Origin: Lama guanicoe
Lineage: Eukaryota
Reading direction: 5' to 3'
DNA length: 64,000 nucleotides
NCBI GenBank assembly: GCA_013239625.1
Contig: MU054187.1
Location: 8,885,231 to 8,949,230 of the forward strand
In this document: piece by piece, positions 42,060 to 55,180 of the stretch
Position numbering within the stretch: the stretch's first letter is position 1
Layout of the letters: each line of letters starts with the position of its first letter
Program-made: the position numbers and the translations under genes
The notes under the pieces: model-generated
Seen by the model: the letters and a program-made list of their open reading frames with translations, nothing else
Database searches by the model: none
Told to the model about the DNA's origin: nothing

Positions 42060-42463
42060 TAAGCCACCCAGCAGAGAGACTCCCAAACACACACTAGAGA
42101 AGGTATTTTCCTCTGTCTCCCATAACAGCCTGAGGTGATACACAGTCCTCAGGGTTGGTGGCCCTGCTCCAGGAAATCATCCAAGAACCCACATTCCTTC
42201 CAGATTCTTGTCCCACTCTCTCCAAGGGTGTTGTCCTCAGTCCCATTTTCAGAGCTGACAAACCACACCACAGTTTGCAAGAAGGGGAAGGAGAAAGCAC
42301 ATGTTGCTTCTGTTCACACCTGGTTGGCCAGAGGTCGGGAAATGTAACCCTTAGTTGGGCAGCCATGTGTCCCTGGAATTGGGGGCAGGAGGGCTCCTTA
42401 ACTGACAGGAGAAGAACTGAAAGAGAAAATGGATGTGGGGGGACAATTATAAGTCTTTGTCAC
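42060..42463 (-). mobile_element. MLT1J-like MaLR LTR
   Basis: CTGCTCCAGGAAATCATCCAAGAACCCACATTCCTTCCA...GGGAAATGTAACCCTTAGTTGGGCAGCCATGTG...GGGGGACAATT...TGTCACA. Confidence 0.75.
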
Positions 42464-45439
42464 AGCTGGTTCAGATTCAGGTGTAGAGAACACGAGGTCC
42501 GTCCAGTCTGGGCATTTCTCACACCAGATTTCTTGTGACGCCCCTGTCACTGCTGCAGTGCTAATCTGTCAGCTGGAATCTTTTCCAGTCTCAAGGATTG
42601 TGCCAAGTACTTTAAATACATTCACTCATTTAACTCTCATAACAAAGGTATGTAGTGGATACGATCATGCCCATCTTAGAGATAAGAAAAACTGAACTTA
42701 GAGGAGTAAATCAACCTTCCCAAGCTCAGACAGCTAAGTGGCAGAGAGCGGACGACCGAGTAGAGTGAGGTGGTCACGTGGCTTCTAGGGAGATTTGAAA
42801 TAAACCAGACCATGGAGAAAGCTCTGAGCTAATGAGAACGGAATTGAAAGCTGGGCTCCCACGGGGAACCAGAGTGGAGACAGGGAACCAGGATGAGAGC
42901 AGAAGGCTGCTCTGACTGGAGGACGCGTGAGGCTGGAGGTACTGGACGAGCCGTGGTCCAGTCTCTCCAGGGCACTGAAAGAGTTTGATCTCTCTGGGGC
43001 CCACAGACCCCGAGTCTAGACATAACACGTCATTTTCTGCCCAGCGCCCTGGAGCAGGCCTCCGCACGGCGCCACAGTCAGTTTCCACGTTTCAGGACCA
43101 GGAAGCGGTCCTGTCTGTGTTCAGTCACTCAGCACATGCACTGTGTGCCATCCTTTAGTCAGAATCTGTCCAGGCCTTGGGACTGTGGAGATGAGCATGA
43201 GCATGAGCATCCTCCCCTCACAGAACATGAAGTCCAGCAGGGAAAACAGACAGCAGACATTGCGCTGCTAAGAACGCACAACAAACGTAATGGTAGGAAA
43301 AGTACTGGCTGGTGAGGGCCACCGCCTGCCTGATGAAAAGGGGCGGGGGGCCCACTCTTCCCGGGGAACTCAGGGAGCAGCATGCTATGAGGGAGCGACC
43401 CTGAAGCTGACCATGAGCAATGACAAGGACGAGATGAGATAACAACCAGAGGGGTACTCCGTGTAGACCACAGGACACAAAGCATTACCGCTTTAAGCCA
43501 TTCTCTCTGATGGCTACAAAAAGAAGAAAGTATCACAGTTTTTTTTTTAAAAAAAGTAACCATATTATTGTACCACTGAATTTCTTCTCAGATTCTCATT
43601 TCTAAGATCCTCACTTTGATTTAGTTTAATTTGATCTTTATTAAGGACTGTCTTTTCCTGGTGATTCTTGCCTCCATAATATTGATGCTTTCATTTAATT
43701 CCTTCAACTTCGCCCATCTGATTCTCCTCCCCTGAAGCCACCAGTACTCATGACAGACAACACCTTGTAAATAACCGGTCGCTCTAAAATGTCAGTTACA
43801 GTCACCACTACTAACAAAGTAAACTGCAAGAATATTTGTATCCTCAGCCCGACCAGAGCACCCCGGAGCCCTCTCAGCCTAAAACACCTTTGGCAAATGT
43901 TCATAGGATCAGAAATGTACCATCATAAAAGAAAACAAAGTGACTGATAATCAATAGTTCTGATGTCATTACTCACACAAGCCAAGACTAGAGTCTGTTA
44001 AGTAAAGAATGGGGAAGACCACTCGGTGGGTGTCTCTGGAGTGTGGACCCTCATGACTGACCAAATTCAGAATTAACTCAGCTTAAAGAAACTACAAAGA
44101 GTTAAAAAAAAAATCCCCTGGCAAGAAGTAAGAAAGGGTAAAGAACTGAAGAAGCAGTACTTGCATCTTCAGAGGGTTAAGTTGTTGTCACCTAGGACTG
44201 TGACACTGTACAAATCAGAAATACTTTATTTCTCCCTGACACCTACCAACCACCCAACCACCTGCTATGTGCCACACAGTGTCCTGGGTACTGAAAACAC
44301 ATTAACAGGTAGACACAGTCCATGCCATGTGGGCCACAATACACACAAATAAATCTTTGATTATAAACAGCAACAAAGGCTATGGAGGAAAAGTTAATGG
44401 GTTTGATGAGCATTTTGAGAGAAGAGTATTTTTGGCTAGGGGGCCAGGGAAAAAATCACTGAAGAAGCTATTTAAGCCCAAAATGAACAGAAATAGGCCA
44501 ACGAAGGGATAGGAGATGAGAATGGCAGTGAGCTTTGAAAGCAGAGGATGGGAGTTGACAACCAAGGCTATGGGAAGAGGAATCAAGGCTCCTACGTAAG
44601 CAGGGCACTGAGGCTACCTGTGTTTTGCAGCCAGAAGCCCAGCTCCCCTGGCGACGGCAAGCCAAGAGGGTCATAAAATCTCTACCTCTCAACCCAGGTC
44701 TCCAAGTTTACAGTGTCGTCTTCTGTCTTCAGAGTCAGATAGGAAGGAAGACGTTACCAACAGTGTGAATGCTGACTGCTGAGGTGGCCATTATGTCAAT
44801 CCTTGAACTCTCCAGGTAGAATCGATCATTCAGTATTCTGGGTTCACGGAATACTTTGACCACACTTTACCGTCTCACCACTGCTGTATTATAATTACAT
44901 CTTTACAAATGTTCTCCCCTAGCTTTTGTGGTTTCAATACACAGAAATGTTATAGTTTTATTTCTACCCCTGGAGTCTAGAATGCTGCCTAGAAAGGAGT
45001 AGCTATTCCATAAACATATAATAAATACATGAAAAAAGTCAGTGAGTCATTACGTTCTATAGAACTCCCTTATATTTCAAGGAGATATGGGTTTACATGC
45101 ATTTTTTTTATGTGAAAGTGTCTAAAGATAATAATGACAAATTATTTCTTTATATTATTGGTTGATTCTCAAAAATCTTAGTGAAAGAGAAAAGAAATTG
45201 AAAAATATGCTGATCCAAGCACTAAGTAGGCAATCGTTATTATAAAAATATCAGTGCATTACAGTCAGCTGAAGGTACAAAGCCCTCCACAGGCCACCTT
45301 ACTTCAAAATAAAGGCATACATCCTTAAAAGAACGTCAACACTGACTTATTGTGTGCTCTCATTGAGAATATGATAGTTTCAACCAAAAAAGACTTATAT
45401 TCCAAGCTAATAGCATATAAATGTAATTATTCTCACAAA

Positions 45440-45970
45440 CGTTCTATTTGGAATCATTGCGTTTTGCACAACCATGCCAGCCACCTGCAGTCGCTGAGAC
45501 GCTCTCACCACCGACAATGGCTGGGTATCAAGTGTAATGGGACCAGACGCAGCACACAAATTAAAATGTGTGTCTTTGTCGAATGATACTGTTTCAAGGG
45601 ATGTAAGTGACATGGCAATTAATGTCTATGAACAGCTGGTTTTAAAGATTAAAGAAAGTGATTATTTTGCCCTGCCAATGGACAGATCCACCTAAATGTG
45701 CTGAGATGTTGGCATTTTAAGATACACTTCCGTGAAATTCTATGGATGAGAGCACATTGTTTAAAAAAATTTAACCCAGTCTTACAACAAGAGGACATCA
45801 TTTTGAAGTATGGCAAAAGGCAGCCCAGAATTGCAATATATGAACAAGGAATTGTGTATTGCTGCTTATATGGTCAGAGCCAAATCACAGATTTATTAAA
45901 ACAGGAAATCATCTGATTACAAAGAATGATTCAGATTCTTTTTGCATATGCTATTTCTTTTCTTCCCATA
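45440..45970 (+). mobile_element. Fossil hAT-Charlie (Buster/ZBED5-like) transposase coding remnant
   Basis: Manual translation SYLESLRFAQPCQPPAVAETL..(frameshift)..VMGPDAAHKLKCVSLSNDTVSRDVSDMAINVYEQLVLKIKESDYFALPMDRST matches the Charlie LSNxTVxRRIxDMA...FxLQxDES block. Stops and frameshifts are present. Confidence 0.82.
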
Positions 45971-47689
45971 ATAGTGGTCTTTAAAGTAGGGAGAGAGACA
46001 GAGACAGAGACAGAGAAATGTTCCCATGTATTAGCAGGACTCTTACCAGTAATAACAGGAGTGCTCCTCGAAACAGCTGTGTGATCACAAAGTCCCAAAG
46101 CCATGAATACAAAACACGTGCAAAATCCAAAGAGCAATTTCTCTTTAAGCCAAAATGTCTCCACTAGCAAATCAGCATGGTGAGCTCTAGTGATCAAACC
46201 CATCATGGCGGAGCCTTGACATCCCAAAAGTATGTGTCCTGTGACCTTCCAGATTTTACAAATAATCAGGAATAATAACACAGAACTGGCAATGGACTGT
46301 GTTTTGAAAAATACTTTCAGAGGTAACAACACTCATCACTCCAAGAGACTTACTCCTGGGGAAATGAGGCCAGTTCATTGACACAGCAAATATCTACTGA
46401 GGTCTTTGTTTTATAGCAACTAAGGCAACTAGGAAGATGAAGGGAACCACACTGTAGATGTAAAGAGGGAAAAGGTAAGATTACCTGAAGGTAGAGTTGC
46501 TTTTGGGACTGGATATGGTACGTGAAGATGATGACAGTGGAATCATAGATGACGGCTATGTTTCTGGCTTAAGTAATCACAGGTATATAATGCCTTCATT
46601 GTGATACAGAAAATTGGAAGTGGGGAGGGCAGAATGAAATTTTAAAGAGAAAACAAGGCTCTTAAGGAAAATCTTCTTAAGATATTATTGATTGGAAATA
46701 TAAGAAAAGATATGTCAACTGCCAAGTATCAGAGCTGCACCACAGCTTCAGGATATATGGCATTCATCATTTGGATGGATATGAACATTCAGGGCTTGAT
46801 TTATTGGCTTTTTGAGTATCCAAGTGCAAGTATTAGGAGTTTCAGTGGGTGGAGACAAGAGTGAAGCTTGCAGATTGAAGCTGAGTAGATTCTTTGATAT
46901 GCAAGTCAGGAAAAAATTACAAAATATTTACCCATCATCAAGTAGCTTATTAGCACTGTCACACCACATATCGTTGACAGTGAAGAGTCTAGGCAGGGAT
47001 GTTCTACCATGTTAGTGCCACAGGCAAGACTCAAAGGCAAACAGAAATGTTTGGGGGGGGGAATTAAATGACTCCCCTGTAATATATGAGGCTGAATGGC
47101 GAAGTCAACATCCTGTCCCACAAGCTCATGTAATAGAAAATCCTTGTTTACAGTATTGGTCTCTGTTATCATTGCACTAATTGGCATCTAAAAGTCATCA
47201 TGTCTACCTTCATCTTTATTTAGAAACATCCAGATGTGAAATATCTTGATGGCACCCGGAAGCAGCTAATCAGTAGCGCAGGGATTCTTTCTGACTTGGA
47301 AAATCAGAACCTGGCAGATAAATGGGCTTTCCGTCTTGGCTCTCAAATCAATAGGTCAATTGGTTCTGGCTCCAAGTATTTAATATATATTTAACCTAAA
47401 GATAATAGACTCTTTTGACCCAATTCCATGAATCTCTATTAGTAAGCTATGTCTACAAGTTATTAAGAATAGTCCAAAAAATAGCTGACAGGATAATTTC
47501 AATAGTGAAAAGGCAAGGAATCACTTTCATACAGGATCCTAGAGACATCTCTGGTTCATTTTCCTCTCTAAGTCTAATAGATTCTACCCCTGTAACAGCT
47601 CTCAGACCTTTCTCCTCCTCTCTTCCCCAGACCCACTCTTACCATCTCACTCTTCAACACAAGGGTCTCCCTGCTCTCCAACACTCTTT

Positions 47690-48100
47690 CATTCATTCAG
47701 CATATATGAATTGAGCAGCTCTTTAGGCAGTGGGCACTATTCTAAATACTTGGGAACAAAACAGACAAAACTCCCTGTGCTGAAGGAGTTTACATTCTAC
47801 TGGGAAAAACGTACAAACAAGAAACACAGTAAGTCAATGATATAGCATGGTAACAGGTGGCTAAGTGCTACGAAAAAACCAAAAAGGTAATAAAGTGAGG
47901 TCAGGAGGATGGAGGTAGCGGTGTGGGAGGGTATGCTACCATGTTAGGTACTCAGGTCAGGGCATCTTCCTGGAGAGGGTAAAATCTGTGCAGAGACTTG
48001 GCGGTGGGGGAAGGGCTGGCAAAGCAGATCCCCATGGGGAAAGCCTTGCAGGCAGAGGAGATGCCAGCACAAAAGCCAGGGGCTCGAAGATGCCCTGTGG
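47690..48100 (-). mobile_element. L2 fragment
   Basis: TTCATTCATTCAGCATATATGAATTGAGC...GGAGTTTACATTCTACTGGG. Confidence 0.75.
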
Positions 48101-48589
48101 CTCGAGGGAGGGAGGGAAGGAGGGAGGGGAGTAGGGAGGAAGGGGCAGGGAAGTAAAGTCCGGCTCTTTCCCACTTCCCACAGCAACACTCAGGTCAGAA
48201 ATGTAGGAGTCACCAGAGATTTCGCTTCTCCACCGCCACTCATTCTATCATTATATTGTGTTGATTTTACCCCATCAATATCCTTCTGTCTTTATCTTAT
48301 ACTCTCATCATTCCTTACAGGGATTGTTGAAGTAGGTCTTATCTGTGTCCACTGGTTTTCAAACTGCATCCCTGTGAATTTCAGGAATTTCTCAGAAGTG
48401 ATTCAGGGCTTGCGGGGGGACCCATTTATCATCCTGATAAGGAGATATATCACAGAAGGTTTTTCAACATGTTATACTGGAGTTGTCTCTGGGTGATAGG
48501 ATTCCAGAGGCTCTCTACACTTTTTTTTTTTCAGAACTTTTTGTATTGCTTACTTTTTTGGAAAAGTGTGTATTTATAATAATATTACA

Positions 48590-48807
48590 CAGTTGAACCT
48601 TGGACAAGGGGGGTTAAGGGTGCCTACCTCCACATAGGCAAAAATCTGCATATAACTTACAGCCGCCCCCTCCATACATGTGGTACCTCCGTATCAGTGG
48701 ATTCAACCAACCTCAGATCATGTAGTACTGTGGTATTTACTACTGAAAAGAATCCATGTATAAGTGGACCCACACAGTTCAAACCTGTGTTATTCAAGGA
48801 TCCACTG
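48590..48807. mobile_element. Tigger2a-like MITE (TcMar-Tigger)
   Basis: Imperfect TIRs CAGTTGAACCTTGGACAA ... TTATTCAAGGATCCACTG followed by TA. Internal GTATAAGTGGACCCACACAGTTCAAACC. Confidence 0.82.
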
Positions 48808-51319
48808 TAATAATTTGCATAATAAAAAAGTTAATAATAAACTTTTTCATCTGGGGGATGACGCCTTACCCTACTTCTTTCTTTTTTTTTTTTCTGTTTA
48901 TTTCTTGACATGGAGAAAAGCACTACATTGTTGAGTACAAAGCAATCTATAAAATGATATTGAGTGTATATTACTTTTACAATTTTTTAAAAAACAGCAA
49001 TGTTGTGTTCTATATGTTCCAAACATTTTAGAAAAACTAGAACTAAAACCTTATTACAATCACATTTTTACATGGAAACTACCTTTGTTAATGCTGATTA
49101 AATCTCCTACCCATTCTTGCCTCTTGATTTGTACTCTTCCCTACCAACTCGCCGGTCACATCAAGAATCCCAAGAAAAGACATTCATGCAATCATTTTTC
49201 TGTGTATGCAGCTCTAAGGTAAGGGCAAAGGACCCACAAGATGGCACTGGAGAGACTGCATAGGGAGAGCCTGCCCTCCTCCAAACACCTTGTTATGGAG
49301 ATGAAGGCAGGGACTATAAACAACACCTTGGGGATTCTCACCATGGTTTTGTCCAGATTCCCAACCACAATATTATTGTCTATTTGTTGCAGTGGTTTAA
49401 TACTTGCCCTTTAATTTCTATTTTCCACACCTGGAAGCCTGTTTTTCCTCATGTTGAAGTAAGTGCTTTATCATTTCACTCTCCCCCCTTTGGAATTGCA
49501 TTCTCTTTATAATAAGGGGTTAACTGTGGACCTTTCCTTACACTTATTCCTAGAAAACCTGACCAGAAAAGCTCTCCTCAGTGAGCCCTCAGTGTCTTTA
49601 TTTTATATCTAAGTCATCTTCCTAGTCAATGAACCTCCCTAAAAGATTAATGTAGTTTGAACTTTTATAGAGGAATATCATTTGTGCGCTGTCATATTTA
49701 GCACAAATGGTGCTTCAGTCACAGCTCAGTAATATCCCAGCATATTATTTCCAAGGCATTTGAGAGTTTAAAGAATTATTGAAGGGCACGCTGTACTCGT
49801 TCGGTAATCAGGCAGAGAGCACTGCCATCTACATATGATTTCGACAAATGGAATCACCGCTAATTTCATCGCACATAGCAAAATAGTTGTGATAATAACC
49901 CAGATAACATATCCCACTGGAGGACATAGATGAGATAAGAGTCTTTTAGAAGACCTCCAAGAAGTATTGAAGAGGGAGTCCTAAGAGTTGAAGGCAAGAT
50001 GCTGAGAAATCAGCTTCCCACGTTGAGGACATACCCTTGACGCTGTGGTTTTGTCAGCTCTGGGGCGAGGCACGGTCCCCATCTGGCCATCAGTTGTCTA
50101 TAGAAGCAGCCAGGCTGCACTGCAACATGTGGCAGGATGAGGCCAGCAGAGCCACTGAAGAGGTAGAAGGGGGTGACCTCATTTAGAGGGGGGCCGTAAC
50201 ACACTGAAGAGCAGGTATTTGGTGAGAAAATTCCGATTACTGCAGCTCTGTAAACAGCATAGGTGAGACCAGTTAGACTATTTTTTTTTTAAACATTTGA
50301 GCTGACAGATTTGTCTTAGAGGAAGGAGAGGTCTTGCTCACTGTCACATGTCACCAAATCGTAGTTTAAAGCCATCAGGATGTACGTTAATCAGACAGAG
50401 AGAAACCTACTGTCATGAAAGTTCCTTTCACCTATATTGCCCCAACTCTATTTCAGATGTTGACATTTTCTTATTAAGCTATCCACCCTAAGCCATGGTC
50501 TTAGTGAAGTCTCCACATTGCGAGAATCCTGAGAGCAGAGCAGGGATCTCTTCTGCTTCTGGATCAAGAAAGGCAGGATACTGCCTTTTGGGGAACTAGT
50601 TTATTCAAAACACATTACAATTCCTCCGCTTATTAAAAATCAATTCTCTGCTACGGGAATTAGTGAGAGACAGTCCCCTATTTAGACAAAAACTGCTCCA
50701 CCCTTGGGACTCTTCATTGCCTCCCAACAACTCCACGACCCCTCCACTCTATCTGCTGCGTCTTTGCTCAGAGCCACCAAAGCAGTTTCCGCCTCTTAGA
50801 GCAGAATGCTCCTGGAATGCTCTGCGGGCAGCATCTACCTTTCATAATTAAGGCAACGTGAAATCATTTCAGTAATATTTTGGTATCTGTCAACTTCTAG
50901 AAAAAAAAAATAGTAACATGGGCAGGTAGCACATAAAGCTCCTCTGAGTTTTAGGTTAGATATGAACTAGATGAGAACCATAAGGAGTATACAAACGCCA
51001 ATAAACGGTTCACCCAAGTAGAGCGGAAGCGACTATTGCCAAAATCCTTAGACGTACAAGAGCCCCACCTTGCCAGGGGGGAATACATTTCAAGACCCCC
51101 AGTGGATGCCTGAAACCACGGATAGTACCAAATCTTATGTTTACTATGTTTCCTCCTATACATACCTACCTACCATGAAGCTTAATTTATAAATCAGGCA
51201 TAGTAGGAGGCTCACAGCAACTAATAATAAAACGGAACAATGCTAACAAGACCTGTAATAAAGGTTATATGGCTGTGGGCTCGCTCGCTCACATCTGGTG
51301 GTGTGCTCACCCTTCTTCC

Positions 51320-52030
51320 TGTGATGACGCGAGATGATCAAACGCGCACGTGATGAGATGGAGCGAAGTGAATGACGTGGGCGCGGTGACACAGCGTCAG
51401 GCGACGCTTACTTCACAAGCCAAAATGCTGACGCCGGGGTTTGCAGCAAAGAGAGGGCTTATTTGCAAGGCGGCCAAGGGCCAAGGGAGGAGCCGGAGGG
51501 GAGAACGAATCTCAAACAAAGGCACGGGGCTTGGGGGTATTTGGGGCATAAAGAATAAAGCAGCGGCGCGGTACGAGGCGTGGGCCGCCTGGGGAAAAGG
51601 CGCGGCGATCAGCCTTCTGCGCAGACGTAACGAGGCGACAAATCGCTGCACGTTCAGGGGGGGCCGTTTCCGGTCCGCCGGCGTCTGGAGGTCACGGAGC
51701 AGCACTCGCGCATGCCCGGTGGGAGGCCCGGCGGTCCGAGCCCGTCCGGACCGGCTCAGCTCCAACTGGACGCGGCCGACTCTCCGCTCCGCTCGGACCC
51801 CAAGGCCTAGAAAATGACTCGGGCAAACGTCTTACTGGCTAGGCTGCCTGCCGCCTGGAGGACACGCTCAAGTCTTGAAATACCTCGACTGGTGAAGGCA
51901 GGGGAAATGGATTTAACGCACGGTTTTACTTGGGGTGATCCTGGACCATCAGGCCACGGCGGACGACGTCGCCAGTTTGGAATCCGGGTGGTGGGGACGG
52001 AGCGGACGACAGATTTCATCCCCGACTCAG
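51320..52030. promoter_or_regulatory. CpG-island-like segment (transposon-derived)
   Basis: Hand count of about 70 CpG in about 700 bp, against CpG-depleted flanks. Confidence 0.75.
51407..51930 (-). mobile_element. ERV1-type LTR-like insert inside MER44
   Basis: CAAGCCAAAATGCTGACGCCGGGGTTTGCAGCAAAGAGAGGGCTTATTTGCAAGGCGGCCAAG resembles the reverse R/U5 end of ERV1 LTRs. MER44 sequence resumes at about 51930. Confidence 0.6.
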
Positions 52031-53490
52031 GAGGGTGAGAGATTTTAAATGCATGAATTGTTTATTTCTGGAATTTTCCATTGAATATTTTCAGACCTTG
52101 GTTGACTTGGGATAACTGAAACCACGGGAAGTGGTAACACGGAAAAGGGGGGACTGTGGGTAAGAAGATGGTTTTTACAGATATCCTTAACATACGGAGC
52201 CTGTATCTTACGGTATTTGGCATCTGGTGTTTAACCCCAGGAATATTTTCCAATACCTTACTCCTCCCCAGGTAATTTATCCTACGATGACTTCAACTCA
52301 CCAACACATCTGTTACCCTGGCTAGGTCACTGTTCAGGGGTGGCCAGAGGCGTTAACAAGATCCAGCAAACTTGAAATTCAGAGTACTGGTTCACACGTG
52401 TTCTTTCTCCCTCTAGATATAAATGATAAGGAGCAACTGCACTGTGAGTTGCTCGAAGTCACTTTGCAGCCACTAGGAGAAATCACATTTTGGGATAAAG
52501 TTGACACTTTAGGAGGCAAAGTGGAGAGAAGGCGGGGGAAAGGCCTCAATAAAATGATTGAGCTCGAAATGAAGCCCCAAATCCTGGCTTAACTTTCTAT
52601 TTTTCAGTGACATAAAAAAAAAATCAACCTCTTTTACTTTCAAGGTAGTTTGAGACAGGTTTTCAGTGATTTGCAACAACAGTTTTAAACATACTGGTAG
52701 ATCCAGAAAAAATTTGAATTATATCTGTTACAAATCTAAATCAAGAAGTACCACATCAAAGACAAAATAAAGCATTTTGGCCTATAATTTTCTACAGTAC
52801 TTATCACCAGGCCACCCAGGTGCTGTGACCAAGTGAGCAAGTTAGAACAGGCTACCATATCATTTCTCAGGTTCTGCTGCCAAATACCCTTTTTATTCTT
52901 TTAATTTTTTGTCTCTGAACAAAACTGAAACTGAGGATTACATACAATTTTCTCTTTTATTCAAGGCCCAGATGGCAGACTGCAAAAACTTAATTTCTGG
53001 TCTCTCGGTAGAAATTTGAGGACTGTCAGCTCTTAAGATTTTAAGCAATACAGTCAAGTGACTATAGGCACTGTAGTCTTGGGAACTGTGCTGTCTTCAG
53101 TTTTATTGTTGCTTTGTTTTGTCCTTAATAATTGTAACATATCTTAATATTCATAGGCTGTCCTCAGAGAAAATCAGCAGGGTGCCCCCTGGTATCTGAC
53201 AACATGGATTGTTTACAAGCCAAGGATCCCCAAGGATCGAGCTTGGAGCAGCTGGAGCTTCTGAGGACTGGTGTGATGGAGCTCAGTGAGCATGTGGGAA
53301 CATTTGGGAACATTTGGGAATTGTGCCATGAGATGCTGCCTTGAGGGAGGGTTGACAATAGGAGAATAATGACATGTGACAGAGGCAGACGGGGACAGAA
53401 GGAATTCGAGTTGTCCATGGTACTTGGGAGAAGGCTTTTAAAGCTCATGGATTTGATTTGTTATTAGGTTTTAGGGAGGGGAGGGGACGA

Positions 53491-54110
53491 GTGCAGGCAG
53501 GACTCTAAGATGGACCCAGGTTCTCCTGCTTCTTTCCCCCACCCCATGCACACCCTGCATGATCCTAGTACTGCGAACCTGATGCTTTTTCTCCCACGGT
53601 TAGATTATCTTATATGACACAAGTCATTTTAAGAAAGAGAAGATTATCAAGATGTACACAACCTAGTGGGCTGAACCCTTTCAAAGCTGGGAGTTTTCTC
53701 TGGCTGGGAGCAGAAGAGGAAATTAGAGATTTGGTGCATGAGAAGGATTCAACTCACCATTGCTAGCCTGAAGATAGAGGAGCCCCATGGCAAGGAATGC
53801 AGGTGGGGTCTAGTTGCTGATAGCAAGTCCCAGCTGACAACCAGCAAAGAGATGGAGTGTCAGTTCTATGAATGCAAATAACAAATATGCCAACAACAAG
53901 CTTAGAAGTTGATCTTTTCCCAGAGTCTTCTGACAAGAACTCAGTCTTGGCTGACACCTCTATTTCAGTCTTGAATTCATCCTGAACAGAGAACCCAGCC
54001 TTGCTGTGCTGGACTTCTGACCCACAGACCTGCGAGCTAATGAACAGGTGCTGTTTTTTTAAGCCTCTACATTTGTGGCTATTTGTTACACAGGGATAGA
54101 TAACAAGTAC
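53491..54110 (+). mobile_element. MLT1E-like MaLR LTR
   Basis: GGCAGGACTCTAAGATGG...GGACTTCTGACCCACAGACCTGCGAGCTAATGAACAGGTGCTGTTTTTTTAAGCC...TTTGTTACACAG...AACAAGTACA. Confidence 0.85.
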
Positions 54111-54469
54111 ATTTGTCAAATCAAAACAGTAAAGAGAGAAAATTACTTTGGCAGGAACAGTGAAGAAAGAGGTAAGAAGGTAGAGCTGAATGGAGGAAAC
54201 CTACTGAAGAAAAAGTTACTCTCATATTAAGGGCAAGTGGCAAATAGTTCAGTCACATAGTTCAGACCTACATATCTTGATACTGAACCCCTTACTGAGT
54301 CTGGGATAAGATCATTTATCAACACAGAAGATATAGGAAAATCACATAGGAATGAACACAGTCTTCATAATTTCTAAAACCCTGTGGTTCTGAACACTGG
54401 CAGCAACCTTTGGGAAAGACAAACTGTACAGCTTTCATGTGATAAGATCATATGATTTTCTCTTGTCAT

Positions 54470-55180
54470 ATGATCATATAAGAGTATGTTTAGTTTTGTG
54501 AGAAACTACCTAACCATCTTCCAAAGTGACTGTACCATGTTCCATTCCCACCAGCAATGAATGAGAGTTCCTGTTACTCCACATCCTCACCAGCATTTGG
54601 TGTTGTCCGTGTCCTGGATTTTGGTCCCCTTAATGGGTGGGTAGTGGTATCTCATTGTTGTGTTAATTGCATTTCTCTGATGACATTTGATGTGGGGCAT
54701 CTTTTCGGATGCTTGTTTGCCATCTGTTTATCTTCTTTGGGGAGGTGTCCATTATGATCATTAGCCACATTTTTAACTGGGTTGGTGGTTGTCTCATTGT
54801 TGAGTTTGAAGAGTTCTTGGCACATTTGGGATAACAATTCTTTACCAGAATTGCAAATATTTTCTCCCTCCCAGTCTGTGGCTTGTCTTCTCAGTCTCTT
54901 GACAGTGACTTTTGCAGAGCAAATTTTTTCAGTTTTAATGAAGTCTAGTTTGTCGATTCTTTCTGACCCATGCTCTTGATGTTGTATCTAACAATTCATG
55001 CCAAACCCAGGGTCATCTAGATTTGTCTCCTATGTAGTCCTCTAGGAGTTTTACAGTTTTGCGTTTTACACTTAAGCCCACAATCCATTTTGAGTTAATT
55101 TCCAGGAAGGGTGTAAGGCCTGTGTCTAGATTCATTTCTGAGTGTGTGGCTGTTCAGTTGTTTCAGCACCATTTTTTGAA
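54470..55180 (-). mobile_element. L1MB-like ORF2 3' fragment
   Basis: CATTCCCACCAGCAATGAATGAGAGTTCCTGTTACTCCACATCCTCACCAGCATTTGG. Confidence 0.88.

Larger units (their letters stand above)
51057..52158 (+). mobile_element. MER44/Tigger7-type DNA transposon interrupted by an LTR
   Basis: Begins after TA with ...TTCAAGACCCCCAGTGGATGCCTGAAACCACGGATAGTACC. Ends TGAATTGTTTATTTCTGGAATTTTCCA...AAGGGGGGACT. Confidence 0.88.

Noticed and set aside
51350..52038. Long overlapping ORFs (155, 122, 74 and 70 aa)
   Set aside because: They lie in GC-rich transposon sequence where stops are scarce, and show no protein-family signature.
54446..54475. 10-bp inverted repeat GATCATATGA...TCATATGATC
   Set aside because: Short, at an L1 breakpoint and partly L1-derived. 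No evidence for a structured RNA.
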